Notes under the pieces: generated by a model | What the model was told of the DNA's origin: nothing | Seen by the model: the letters and a program-made list of their open reading frames with translations, nothing else | The model's database searches: none | Source: Synechococcus sp. | GTDB taxonomy: Bacteria; Cyanobacteriota; Cyanobacteriia; Thermostichales; PCC-7336 | NCBI GenBank assembly: GCA_051439605.1 | Contig: JBFRWN010000032.1 | Location: 64,001-128,000, forward strand | Direction of reading: 5' to 3' | DNA length: 64,000 nucleotides | Made by a program: the position numbers and the translations under genes | In this document: piece by piece, positions 41,290-51,312 of the stretch | How the letters are laid out: the number at the start of each line of letters is the position of its first letter | How positions within the stretch are numbered: position 1 is the stretch's first letter

Positions 41290-41484
41290 GCTGCTGATTT
41301 TGAAAAATGCCAATGGCGCATACAGGTAAAGGTAATTGAGCGCAAGCTAGGGCCAACTAAGGGGTAAATCCTAAAAGATCTCTCAGGTCAAGCGAGCTTA
41401 AGTGCAGGCAGTTCATTCTGATACTAGCGGAATACGCATGGAGTTGGGAACAAAATGCATTAGCTTATAGCTGCTGGCCGTGGA

Positions 41485-42174
41485 ATGACGATTGTGAACG
41501 GAAAACTATGGATTCAAAGAGCTGCGCTCCTTCTCACGGTGTCTTGCTTGGGATGGAGCCAGAGGGCGATCGCGGCTGAAGATCTTGTCATTCTGGTTTC
41601 AGGTGGCAGCCGCACCATCCCTGTGGAGGATTTGGAAACCTTTGCCGATCGGGGCCAGATGAGTCGCCAACTGGAAATCTACATCAACGACTACCTGGAT
41701 GCCACCGATGCGGAGGAATATCGCAACGGGCTGAACTTTGAGATTGAGGTGGATTTTGTTCAATATGCCAAATTTCTTGAATCCGATGCAGGCCAATGCG
41801 TTCTGAACGTCCTCGCACGCGGTATCAAGCCAACTCCCACGGACACCAGTGGAGTGCAATCGGTCAAAGCAGGACTGGTCAACGGCGCAGCTCCAGATGG
41901 CCGCCTTACCATCATTGATTTGGTGCGGAGCTACCCCAACAAAAAATTGCATATTGACACCAATGAAGTCACAGGATCCAGCGGCATTTTAGAAGGAGCT
42001 TGGGAAGATTTACGCGCCAGTATCGAGCAAGCAGGGGTGCCGGTGGAGGCCGATGCATGGGCGGGACAAACCTCCCTCGACCTCAAAGAAGTTGATTACG
42101 ACATCCTGGAAACAGCTGCTCAAGATTTGTTTTGCGAACGGTTAGCGGATCCTGTCAGTAATTCCACGAATTAG
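41485..42174 (+). CDS. DUF1400-like exported protein
   Basis: Signal peptide (AIA/AE); 'RTIPV.DLETFA..G', 'DG.LTIID.VRSYP...L.ID'. Confidence 0.7.
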   Translation: MTIVNGKLWIQRAALLLTVSCLGWSQRAIAAEDLVILVSGGSRTIPVEDLETFADRGQMSRQLEIYINDYLDATDAEEYRNGLNFEIEVDFVQYAKFLESDAGQCVLNVLARGIKPTPTDTSGVQSVKAGLVNGAAPDGRLTIIDLVRSYPNKKLHIDTNEVTGSSGILEGAWEDLRASIEQAGVPVEADAWAGQTSLDLKEVDYDILETAAQDLFCERLADPVSNSTN

Positions 42175-42322
42175 CCACTTGAATCTCCCTAACGATCGCC
42201 AAGACAGTAGGATTTGGCGTCTTCAGCCTTTCATGACAATCAACATCAGCATCAAGCTGTATTTGTGTTCTCAACCATCCTCTTGAAGGTGTTAAAGGTT
42301 TCATCTCGATAAGTAGTTTCCT

Positions 42323-43156
42323 ATGGATGTGCGCGCATGTTTGAGCCAAACCCAACTTCAGTGCGTTGGCGATGGCGAACTATCCCCCTTTCTGCCTTCC
42401 TTTCCCACCTCCACTCCTTTGCTGTTGTTGATTTGGCCGCAGTTGGGAGACTTCGACAGTCTGGAATATGCCTGGTGGATTCATAAGGAGCGAGAATTTT
42501 TGGATGCCCGAAATCTGTCCATTCGAGCAGTAGGGATTGGCGATCGCGCCTCGGGAGAACGATTTTGCGCATTCACCAGATTTCCAACCTCCGATCTGTG
42601 GGTGGACCCAACAGCAAACCTCCATCGCCTACTGGGGCTGTACGCAGGATTATCCTTCAAACTACCAGGGGGATCCCCGTCCACCAATGCCTATCTCAAT
42701 CTGCTGTTGATGTGCGCTGGCATTGGCAGTCCCGGTACGCTCAAAGAGGTATTTCGGGGATATCGGGGCGATCAGCAAGCCCCACAGCTCATCGAAGATG
42801 ACGAAGTTGTTAAAGCCACGCCACTTCTTCCCATCAAAGGCTCGTTTTTCCGGTTTGCTGGTGGCAAAGGCTTCCAGCGTCCCTTTGAACTGGCTACATT
42901 GCGGCTCAGAAATATGGCTGAGGTGCTGGGTCATTGGTCTGCCTATATCCCCAACGCTGCCTACCTCACACAGCGAGGGGCAACCTTCCTGTTCGATCCT
43001 CAGGGAACGCTGCTTTACGAATATCGAGCTCGCAACTTGCTCGGCTTTGCTCCCAATATGAACCAACCCCTATCGTTTCTTGCCGATCGACTAGAGCAAC
43101 AAACCAAGCAACCAGAGCAGAAATCCACATCCGACAAGACCGTCACTTTGGGGTAA
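42323..43156 (+). CDS. AhpC/TSA-like (peroxiredoxin-like 2) protein
   Basis: PQLGDFDSLEYA, LLMCAGIGSPGTL.EV.RGY.GD, QRPFELATLRL.NM, TQRGATF. Confidence 0.8.
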   Translation: MDVRACLSQTQLQCVGDGELSPFLPSFPTSTPLLLLIWPQLGDFDSLEYAWWIHKEREFLDARNLSIRAVGIGDRASGERFCAFTRFPTSDLWVDPTANLHRLLGLYAGLSFKLPGGSPSTNAYLNLLLMCAGIGSPGTLKEVFRGYRGDQQAPQLIEDDEVVKATPLLPIKGSFFRFAGGKGFQRPFELATLRLRNMAEVLGHWSAYIPNAAYLTQRGATFLFDPQGTLLYEYRARNLLGFAPNMNQPLSFLADRLEQQTKQPEQKSTSDKTVTLG

Positions 43157-43409
43157 CCCATTTCTGGTTCTGCGCACGATGAAGATGTGATAGCAAACGG
43201 CTGGCTTGCGCAGGAGAGTTTCAGCTGTTGCCCACCAGCTTGTACAGTACTAAAGCTGTAACGGTGAGTTGGGCAGCAGTTATAGCTCTGCGGCCTTTTC
43301 AGTTTGGACCGCCGGATCTAAGTTCTGTACGGGTCTCTGCCACTGAGATGTCCTAAGCGACGTAAAAGTCGCTATATCTGCCAGTCAATCGAGGATGAGA
43401 GGAAAAACG

Positions 43410-44291
43410 ATGACCACTGCTTGGGTATTTCCGGGACAAGGCTCGCAGGCGGAAGGAATGGGGAGAACCCTGGTAGACCTGCCAGGAGCATCCGAAAAAC
43501 TAGCACAAGCTGAAGAGATTTTGGGGTGGTCGCTGCTGGATATAACTGCCGAAGATCTCAAGCAAACCACTTGCACCCAACCGGCCCTCTACCTGGTCGG
43601 GGCCCTCCTATCTGATGCTCTCAAGGCAAACCACCAGCCCGATGCAGTAGCGGGACACAGCTTGGGGGAATATAGTGCTCTGTATTGCGCGGGTGTTTTT
43701 GACTTCAAAACAGGGGTCGAGCTGGTGAAGCAACGCTCGAAATTGATGGCTACCGCAGAAGCGGGCACCATGGCCGCTGTCATGGGCTTCGATCGCCCTC
43801 AACTTGAGCAACTATGTCAGCAAACCCCCGATGTCGTAATCGCCAACGACAACAGCGACGACCAAGTGGTGCTTTCGGGAAGCAAAGCCGCCATTGAAAG
43901 CGCGATCGCTGCAGCCAGACCCAAGCGCAGCATCTTCTTGCCCGTTGCCGGTGCGTTCCACTCCCCCTTCATGGCCGACGCTGCCGAGAAATTTGCCTCT
44001 GTTCTGGAACAAGTCATCTTTAATTCTGCCAGTATCCCCGTCTACAGCAACGTCACAGCTAGCCCTACCCAAGACCCAGCAAAGCTAAAAGAGAATCTCT
44101 GCAACCAAGTCACGGGCTCTGTTCGCTGGCGAGAAACTGTCAACGCTATGAGCGCCAGTGGCATAGACACCATTTGGGAGGTGGGACCGGGGAAAGTGCT
44201 AACGGGCTTGGTCCGCCGCATCGATCGCTCCCTGACCCGCGTCAATATCTCAGATGCTGCCTCCATCACCAAGTTGAATGTCGGAGAGTAG
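43410..44291 (+). CDS. fabD: Malonyl CoA-ACP transacylase
   Basis: WVFPGQGSQ, AGHSLGEY, LPVAGAFHSPFM, EVGPGKVL. Confidence 0.96.
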   Translation: MTTAWVFPGQGSQAEGMGRTLVDLPGASEKLAQAEEILGWSLLDITAEDLKQTTCTQPALYLVGALLSDALKANHQPDAVAGHSLGEYSALYCAGVFDFKTGVELVKQRSKLMATAEAGTMAAVMGFDRPQLEQLCQQTPDVVIANDNSDDQVVLSGSKAAIESAIAAARPKRSIFLPVAGAFHSPFMADAAEKFASVLEQVIFNSASIPVYSNVTASPTQDPAKLKENLCNQVTGSVRWRETVNAMSASGIDTIWEVGPGKVLTGLVRRIDRSLTRVNISDAASITKLNVGE

Positions 44292-44468
44292 GGAAAACCC
44301 TCCGTTCCCCCTCACCTACGATCGTTCTGAGTGGTTCTACTTAACGTTTCGTAAAACTGTACTATGGGAAAGACTTCCCTTGAGGGGATATCAAGGTCCA
44401 GAGCTGGTACTGAGCGGCTGAACTGGGGTTACTCTCCTTAGCTGAAGGTTGCGCTTGAGGAATGTGCA

Positions 44469-44990
44469 ATGCCAAACTTGGTTGACGATTTATTTCCGGA
44501 ACCCGAATCATTGCATCCGGTGCCGGAAGAACAACAACCCATCCGCGAGTACGAGGCACTGAGGGACTCTGGATTATTCCGGTGGGCAACCCTAGATTCC
44601 ACCGTCTATTTCCGCCGATTGGGGTGGGTGGGGTTTTGGGCCGCACTGATCGCTTTTCCCATTGCTGCATCTTGCTTTCCCACCGATAGCCAGCTGGGGC
44701 ACACTATCCTCTCCATATTTGAATTCAGCTTATTTTGCGTGGCATTAGCCACCGTGCGTCAGGTACTAGGCTGGTCTTATGTTCAGCGGCGCCTCTCCCA
44801 AGCCGCCATCGTCTACGAAGAGAGCGGTTGGTATGATGGCCAGATTTGGGAAAAACCTGATGATGAATTAGCCAAGGATCGTCTGGTGGTGGACTATCAG
44901 GTGAAGCCAGTTATGGCCAGGCTTTACCGCACGTTTGCGGCGATCGCCGTCATTGCTGTCTGCGGGGCATTACTCTGGCCATTTGTTTAG
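44469..44990 (+). CDS. ycf36: Ycf36/CGLD27 (DUF1230) membrane protein
   Basis: PVPEEQQPI.EY..L, LGWSYV..RL, YEESGWYDGQ.W.KP. Confidence 0.85.
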   Translation: MPNLVDDLFPEPESLHPVPEEQQPIREYEALRDSGLFRWATLDSTVYFRRLGWVGFWAALIAFPIAASCFPTDSQLGHTILSIFEFSLFCVALATVRQVLGWSYVQRRLSQAAIVYEESGWYDGQIWEKPDDELAKDRLVVDYQVKPVMARLYRTFAAIAVIAVCGALLWPFV

Positions 44991-45054
44991 CGTTTGGCCT
45001 CTAGCTTCTTATTTCACGTTGACATGAACTCCCCGCATTAAAGGATTTTGCCTA

Positions 45055-45984
45055 GTGCATGTGGTTCGAACTCTAGCTGAAGTCCGCTGTCCGGCTGCCG
45101 TTGCGCTGGGAAACTTTGACGGTGTGCATCGGGGGCACCAACAGGTGATTGCCCCCGTTGTGGCTAGTCATCGCGGCATTAGCACCATTCTCACCTTTGA
45201 CCCTCATCCCCGCGAGATCCTGACGGGTCAGACACTGGCCACCCTCACCCCCCTGCCCGAGCGCCTGCAGCTGTTTGAAGCGTACGGTGTTCAGCAGGTG
45301 GTCATGCTGCCCTTCACCCCAAAATTTGCTATCCAATCTCCAGTGGACTTTATCGAGACTGTATTAGTCGCGGGGCTCAGGAGTTGTGCCGTCAGCATCG
45401 GCGGAGACTTCTGCTTTGGTCATCATCGTTCGGGGACAGCCAAGACATTGCAGGAGTGGGGTAAGCGGGTTGGAGTGCCAGTTAATGCCGTCAATGCCGT
45501 GGAGTTTAACGGACAGCGGGTAAGTAGTTCCCGTATTCGTGAGGCATTAGCCGAGGGAGATGTCGAACTGGCCAAAGCCTTACTCGGTCGAGCCTATCGC
45601 TTGGTCGGAAAAGTCGTGAAGGGGGATCGACGGGGCCGACTGTTGGGGTTCCCAACAGCCAATATCGAGGTGGCTGACAGTAAGGTTCTTCCCCGCTTCG
45701 GTGTCTATTGTGGCTGGGCTTGTTGGAGCGATCGCGGTCAGGAGTTCCGACAAGCTGCAGTCTTAAATGTCGGGATGCGCCCCACGTTTGATGGGCAGCG
45801 GCGGTCGGTGGAGGTGCATTTACTCGATTGGACTGGAGATTTATACGGTCAAACCTTGACAGTGGAGTTGCATCACTTTTTGCGACCCGAAATCAAATTC
45901 GACTCCGTCGATCGCCTCCAGAAACAGCTTGCCCTGGACTGCCAGCAAGCCCGCGAGGAATTGCTGGGAGCCATGACCCTCTAG
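45055..45984 (+). CDS. ribF: Bifunctional riboflavin kinase/FAD synthetase
   Basis: ALGNFDGVHRGHQ, TFDPHP, VSSSRIR, GR.LGFPTAN, G.RPTF, EVHLLD. Confidence 0.96.
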   Translation: MHVVRTLAEVRCPAAVALGNFDGVHRGHQQVIAPVVASHRGISTILTFDPHPREILTGQTLATLTPLPERLQLFEAYGVQQVVMLPFTPKFAIQSPVDFIETVLVAGLRSCAVSIGGDFCFGHHRSGTAKTLQEWGKRVGVPVNAVNAVEFNGQRVSSSRIREALAEGDVELAKALLGRAYRLVGKVVKGDRRGRLLGFPTANIEVADSKVLPRFGVYCGWACWSDRGQEFRQAAVLNVGMRPTFDGQRRSVEVHLLDWTGDLYGQTLTVELHHFLRPEIKFDSVDRLQKQLALDCQQAREELLGAMTL

Positions 45985-46019
45985 CTAGTAACCTTCTGTG
46001 GATCGGGGTAGGGGGCAAA

Positions 46020-46185
46020 GTGCAGCGGTTTTCCGCGCACAGTGTCATCAATTTCTCCATCCCGCGCAGTCAACATTAGAGGGAGAGAGGTTTCGACTCC
46101 AGGCACCCCTGATGGGGAATGGGGGTAGGGTTTTGACTTCTCCTCCAGGGTATGGGGGGCGCGAGAAGAACTATGCAAACAATTG
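46020..46185 (+). ncRNA. ssaA: Probable 6S RNA (ends approximate)
   Basis: Intergenic. Core GGGAGAGAGGTTTCGACTCCAGGCAC (46081-46106) resembles cyanobacterial 6S RNA as I recall it. Nested pairings CGCGC/GCGCG (46034-38/46159-63) and AGTCAA/TTGACT (46068-73/46133-38) fit a rod structure. Confidence 0.6.
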
Positions 46186-46192
46186 CGGGGGG

Positions 46193-46957
46193 TCAGGGTA
46201 AGGGCACTCCAGAAACCCGCAACCACATTTTCTGGCTGGGGTAATCAGGCAGACTAATGGAAACACTGCTGGAGCCCTGCAAGAAGATTTCTGGGATTCG
46301 GACTACACCACTGTAAACAGGGCTGTAAGGTGGTAATTCCCCAGGCAAACCCGAGGCGCTGCCACTGAGAACACGACCGTTGTTATCTCGTATATCCATA
46401 AAACTGTACAGAAAACGCACGGTTTGTCCGCTATTGTTCTGCATCGTCACATTCAGCACGACCGATCCCCCTTGGCGGCTAGCAGACAATACATTCATGA
46501 CGACACTGCCCGCTGGGGGCACCGCTTGAACGGGAGGTGGTGTTGGCTGGGTAGGTGGAGGCAGGGTTGGGGTTGAAATGGGTGCTGGAGTGGAATCTGA
46601 GTTTGGGGAGGGGGAGGGGGCTGGGGTGGGAGTGGGGGCTACAGGTATAGATGCCGAATTAGGATTACTGCTCACTAACAAGCGATTGGGAGGGGCGAGC
46701 TTCGGAACCGTTTCGCCCACACTATCGACTTCCAAGATTAAGGGGATGGTGCCTCTAGCATTAGGATTTCGAGGCTTTCCATCGGGGTTGCCGGTCTCAA
46801 ATAGCGGGGTTACTCCCTCCAGAGCCTGTTCTCCAAAACCATATCCAAACACAAAGGCGATCGCGCCGACAATCACTGTCACGATGACGGCACCCAGCCC
46901 TGTAAATATCAAAATTGAATAGTTGCGGGCCTTGGGCACAGCAATAACCCTCCTCAA
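46193..46957 (-). CDS. Membrane-anchored Pro-rich hypothetical protein
   Basis: N-terminal TM helix, PT/PS-rich linker, C-terminal beta-rich domain (VRFLYSF). Confidence 0.75.
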   Translation of the reverse strand: MRRVIAVPKARNYSILIFTGLGAVIVTVIVGAIAFVFGYGFGEQALEGVTPLFETGNPDGKPRNPNARGTIPLILEVDSVGETVPKLAPPNRLLVSSNPNSASIPVAPTPTPAPSPSPNSDSTPAPISTPTLPPPTQPTPPPVQAVPPAGSVVMNVLSASRQGGSVVLNVTMQNNSGQTVRFLYSFMDIRDNNGRVLSGSASGLPGELPPYSPVYSGVVRIPEIFLQGSSSVSISLPDYPSQKMWLRVSGVPLP

Positions 46958-47402
46958 ACCTCAACCAAGTCCCACTTGGCTTTGCCCACAATATCTCATG
47001 TCGAGGTTATTGGGAGGGGCAAATTTGCACTGTTAACCGCCATAACAAACGCTGACAAACATTAGATCCCATGGGTGCCCCAAAGTTTAGGCGCGGTTTT
47101 ATAGTCAAACCTAAATTCCATGGGAAGGAACTCTTGCGCTGAAGATCTAGATGCGATCTCCAAAAGCTGTAAGTCTTGAAACTCTTTGCATGAGAGTTAA
47201 ACCTCACCCCAAATGAAATCCGTAGTTCTTATTCGTTGCGTAAAAACACCAAGCTACAATTTTGACGCGAGTTAGCATTCCCAAAGAGCTTGTTTTATCA
47301 ACCCTAATTGTTGTAATCTGAGCCGAAGTGTGAAGATTCGTTGTGAATCGTCACATTGATTTGGTGTGTATGTCCTAGCCTAACAAGCTCGGAGGCTAAC
47401 TA

Positions 47403-49067
47403 TTGGGACGAGGCGATCGGCCAGCGCAAGAGACTTTCAAGCAAAGCTCTTCAAGGCTTGAGGGATTAAGCCGCAATTTAACCCGAACTTGGGGAGGCGC
47501 AGGTCGCCTACCCAAAGGTTTATTGCAATCTCCTTTCCCCAAGTCCAGCCGCAAGTCTTCACACTTGCACAATATGGATGCAAGCCACGATTCCGTCTTT
47601 GGTGGAAAGAAAAAAGGGGGCTCGCGAAATTCCCTGATAAGCAGTTATAGAGGTCGCGATCGCCCCTCTTTGACCGCCCAAGCCTCTTCCACCCGTTTGC
47701 GGAGGTTTGTCACCGTAGCTACCGCCGAATACGGGGTTACGAAATTAGTCCTTCATTTCATTAAACGTAGGCCCCGTCTCAGCACTGGCCTTACTCTGTG
47801 GGTAGGCATGGCTGTAATGGTTCTACTTCGTAGCCAACAGCATCCTTTTCCGTTAGAGTTTCCCCCTGAAGAAGCTCTGACAGCATCAGACAATACCATT
47901 CAGGGTGTTCTGCAGCAGAATTACGATCGCAAACTTGATTTGGCAAATCAAGCGCTGGTGGACAACGAGCTTGTGCCGGCAGCACCCAATTTTGGAATTA
48001 TTAGTCACGAGGTGAACGAGGGGGAAACCCTCTGGCATCTGACTAAGATGTATCAGCTTGATGCAGCGGCGATCGCCACATCCAATGGAATTAATGCCCG
48101 TACGGATCTAGAACCCGGTCAGATCCTCTATATCCCTCGGATCGAAGGCTTAGTTTACACCGTCGATGAAGGCGACACATTAGCCAGCATTGCCGCGAAT
48201 TATCAAGTTAGCCAGGCGGATATTGTTTCCGCCACTCCTCTCGATGATGGCAGTAACTTAGACACTGGACAGCGGGTGTTGATTCCCGGAAAGGTGGAAG
48301 AAATATTAGCAGTGCGTCGCAAGCGTTTGGATGCGATTGCTGCGGGTGTAGACGAACGACCTACGGATTTGGCCTATACCGTTTCTGATGGGGACACTCT
48401 GCCTGCAATTTCCCAGCAGTTTGATACCTCTGTGCGGGCTTTAATGAATGCCAATCCGGATGTCCGTTCAACTCGCCTGCAATCTGGCCAGCAGCTCTCT
48501 ATTCCTAAAAGGCCTGCCCAAACCTATCAAGTGCAGTTGGGGGACACGCTTGAGAGCCTTGCCCAGCGGCACGACATGACTGTGAATGGTTTATTGCGGG
48601 CTAACCCCACCATTCGAGCCAATCAGTTACAGGTGGGTCAGACCATCAAGATACCGGCATCCAATTCCATCGTGGCAGCTTCGCCGCCTATCATCAGCAG
48701 CAGTGGGTTCCATTGGCCGGTGGCAGGACGAGTGAACTCTGGGTATGGCTGGCGTTGGGGGAGGATGCATAATGGTGTTGATATCCCTGGTGCCTACGGT
48801 TCTCCAATTGTTGCAGCACGCGCGGGCACAGTGATTTCTGCCGGGTGGAACGGAGGATATGGCAACGCAGTAAAAATTCAACATCCTAACGGCCTAGTGA
48901 CCTTTTATGCCCATGGGACAGCCGTATACGTCAGACCCGGTCAAACGGTAGAACGAGGACAGGCAATCATGACTCGGGGAAGTACCGGTTTGAGCACCGG
49001 TCCACACCTGCATTTTGAGGTGCACGTGGACGGTGTCCCCGTAAACCCGATGATCTATTTGCGATAG
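47403..49067 (+). CDS. LysM (x4)-M23 peptidoglycan endopeptidase (NlpD-like)
   Basis: Four Y/H.V..G(D/E)TL LysM repeats; HNGVD, YAH, STGPHLHFEV; TM helix; start uncertain. Confidence 0.9.
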   Translation: MGRGDRPAQETFKQSSSRLEGLSRNLTRTWGGAGRLPKGLLQSPFPKSSRKSSHLHNMDASHDSVFGGKKKGGSRNSLISSYRGRDRPSLTAQASSTRLRRFVTVATAEYGVTKLVLHFIKRRPRLSTGLTLWVGMAVMVLLRSQQHPFPLEFPPEEALTASDNTIQGVLQQNYDRKLDLANQALVDNELVPAAPNFGIISHEVNEGETLWHLTKMYQLDAAAIATSNGINARTDLEPGQILYIPRIEGLVYTVDEGDTLASIAANYQVSQADIVSATPLDDGSNLDTGQRVLIPGKVEEILAVRRKRLDAIAAGVDERPTDLAYTVSDGDTLPAISQQFDTSVRALMNANPDVRSTRLQSGQQLSIPKRPAQTYQVQLGDTLESLAQRHDMTVNGLLRANPTIRANQLQVGQTIKIPASNSIVAASPPIISSSGFHWPVAGRVNSGYGWRWGRMHNGVDIPGAYGSPIVAARAGTVISAGWNGGYGNAVKIQHPNGLVTFYAHGTAVYVRPGQTVERGQAIMTRGSTGLSTGPHLHFEVHVDGVPVNPMIYLR

Positions 49068-49267
49068 CCATCTCCATCGCGCGCTTTCGAGTATAAAGAC
49101 CGTGAATCGCATGAGACTTGACAGCCGTTCATACCCCTTACGGGACGTAGAGCTTTCAATGTAACAATCGTTAAGCCGTCGATTCTTGGTCAGAAACGGC
49201 AGCAGTTCTTGTCCCTGATTGAGCAAGTAGGCCAGGGCAAGATTCAAAAATCGCCCCTGTAAAGTCT

Positions 49268-49900
49268 TTAGCGTTTGCTAAGGCTACCTTCCATTGCCCA
49301 GCGAGCTAACTCGGTACGGTTGTGAAGTCCCGTTTTGCTAAGCATGTTACTAACGTGGCTTTCAATCGTCCGCTGACTAACACTCAGGGTGGCGGCAATC
49401 TCGCGGTTGGACATGCCTTTTGACACCAACTGGATCACGCGCGTCTCGGTGGGGGTCAGCTCTACCTCGCGATCGAGGGTCAAGGTGGGCTGTAACATAC
49501 CCCCCTGCATGTGGAGTAAGCGTTCTGTATGCTTGAGGGATGATTCCACCTGTGCAACCAATTCTTCAGGTTCAAAGGGTTTCACCATATAGACATCAGC
49601 CCCGGTGGTGAGTCCGCGTACGCGATCGGCGCTTTGCCCTTTGGCCGATAGAAACATAATTGGAATCCAACTAGTGTCGGACTCCTCGCGAACTTTCTCC
49701 ACGAAGCTATAGCCATCCATTTCCGGCATCATGACATCGCAGATGATCAAATCCGGACGGAAATCCTCCATAGCAGTGAGAGCTTCTTGGCCGTTACCGG
49801 CAGTAATAACTTCGTAACCACGAAACTCTAAGTAATCTTTAACCAGCAAAATCAGGTTTGGATCGTCATCAACTAACAATAATTTTTTGGGAACATCCAC
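49268..49900 (-). CDS. NarL/LuxR-family response regulator (Ycf29/Rre1-like)
   Basis: LLVDDD, CDVMMP, KPF receiver motifs; LTPTE..V...V.KG.SNREIA..L.VSQRTIESH HTH. GTG 49900 chosen; ORF extends to 49981. Confidence 0.9.
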   Translation of the reverse strand: MDVPKKLLLVDDDPNLILLVKDYLEFRGYEVITAGNGQEALTAMEDFRPDLIICDVMMPEMDGYSFVEKVREESDTSWIPIMFLSAKGQSADRVRGLTTGADVYMVKPFEPEELVAQVESSLKHTERLLHMQGGMLQPTLTLDREVELTPTETRVIQLVSKGMSNREIAATLSVSQRTIESHVSNMLSKTGLHNRTELARWAMEGSLSKR

Positions 49901-50584
49901 GCCATTCACCCTAATGGTATTACAAGTCCAGTTCGTAGTTTTACGGTCACAAGCATCAATTGATAACAGAATACGCCGCAATCAAGTATCCTTAAGCACT
50001 TCGGAGTCTGTTTGGGAGTCTATTTGGCAATTTAACGCTTGCCTCATGCAATATTTCACCGTGAAATAGAGGAAAGCTTGTTCAAAAGGAAACATGCTCT
50101 CAACTTAAGACAGTCTGGTGCTTTCGCAGCAGCAATCTGTCGAAAGTAGGGAGATCGCACACCATTCATCTACACACCATCTGAGACACCGATCCTTTTC
50201 GATTTAAATCTACTCTAATTCTATACTTACTGCATACTGACTTTGGAGGTTTATCCGGGAAAGATAAGTTAACTTCCTATCTCAATCCACGAGTATATTC
50301 GGAGATTGTGCTCAATAAGAACCGTGTAAATGCGGTTTTAGTTCTTCTTCTCAAGCAGGTAAATCATTATCTCCGGCTCTTATATATTTGCAAAGGATCG
50401 TTGTTTCTTGTTCGAATTCACTTCCAATCCATTCACTGTGGAGGTCTCTTTCATCTTTCATGCATCTTCTAGATTGTTGTAGCTGCAGGGTTCCGGTGGT
50501 CGCTGTTATCTGTCCCGAAGCTGTAGGAGGAGACGCATTCAGTAAATGGATCGATAAGAGGGGCTGAATGCTTGGAGGGGGCGG

Positions 50585-51148
50585 ATGTTGGGGCTGATGG
50601 ATCGACAGATAGTGACCGCAATCCTGCTTGCTGCGTCTCTCCTGCAAGGGGGAGCAGCTCATTCAGGAGAGTATGTTGTCAATTGGGAACCGCGCTATTC
50701 ATCTGCAGGGCAATTGTTCGCAGGGGAGTGGCAGGCCGACGAGGCGCAAGTTCTCCTAACAGAATCCTTTATACAACTGCAACAGCATCTGGAGAGGAAA
50801 GGGTTTGAAGTGCGCCTGCAGCGGCCACCCTTGAATGGAGCCTATGGTTTGTTAGAAGCTAGTTCAAGGACCATTTGGATTCATCCCGTTGTATTTGATT
50901 TAGGCATCGCCCAACCGGTCCTCGTCCACGAGGCGGTGCATGCAGCCCAGGTTTGCGCGGGTAACGGAACTGTGGCGGCGTTAAATCTTGGTCTAGATCC
51001 CCCCAATAACACCCGCCCATTTTTTCTCAGGTATCACAGCTATCGTCGTCAAATTGAATCTGAGGCCTATGCCATTCAGGTGCTGCCCGATAGGTACGAA
51101 CGAGTCTTGGGGCTGTTGGAGCAACATTGTGGTGCTGAGCTTCCATAA
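50585..51148 (+). CDS. Exported hypothetical protein with HEXXH motif (zincin-like)
   Basis: Signal peptide; VLVHEAVHAAQ plus downstream E.EAY. Confidence 0.65.
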   Translation: MLGLMDRQIVTAILLAASLLQGGAAHSGEYVVNWEPRYSSAGQLFAGEWQADEAQVLLTESFIQLQQHLERKGFEVRLQRPPLNGAYGLLEASSRTIWIHPVVFDLGIAQPVLVHEAVHAAQVCAGNGTVAALNLGLDPPNNTRPFFLRYHSYRRQIESEAYAIQVLPDRYERVLGLLEQHCGAELP

Positions 51149-51312
51149 CCTTGGGTCAGAACAATAACCGACTGGATGGGAGGGGCCATCGCTCGAAGTT
51201 TGTCTCGAGATGACAGCCAAGGGGGAGGGAATGTTTCAAACCGGCTAGCTGTCCCAGCCGTCGGATAATTTGTACAGATAAGTCCAATTCAGACTGCAGT
51301 TAGAGATATCGA

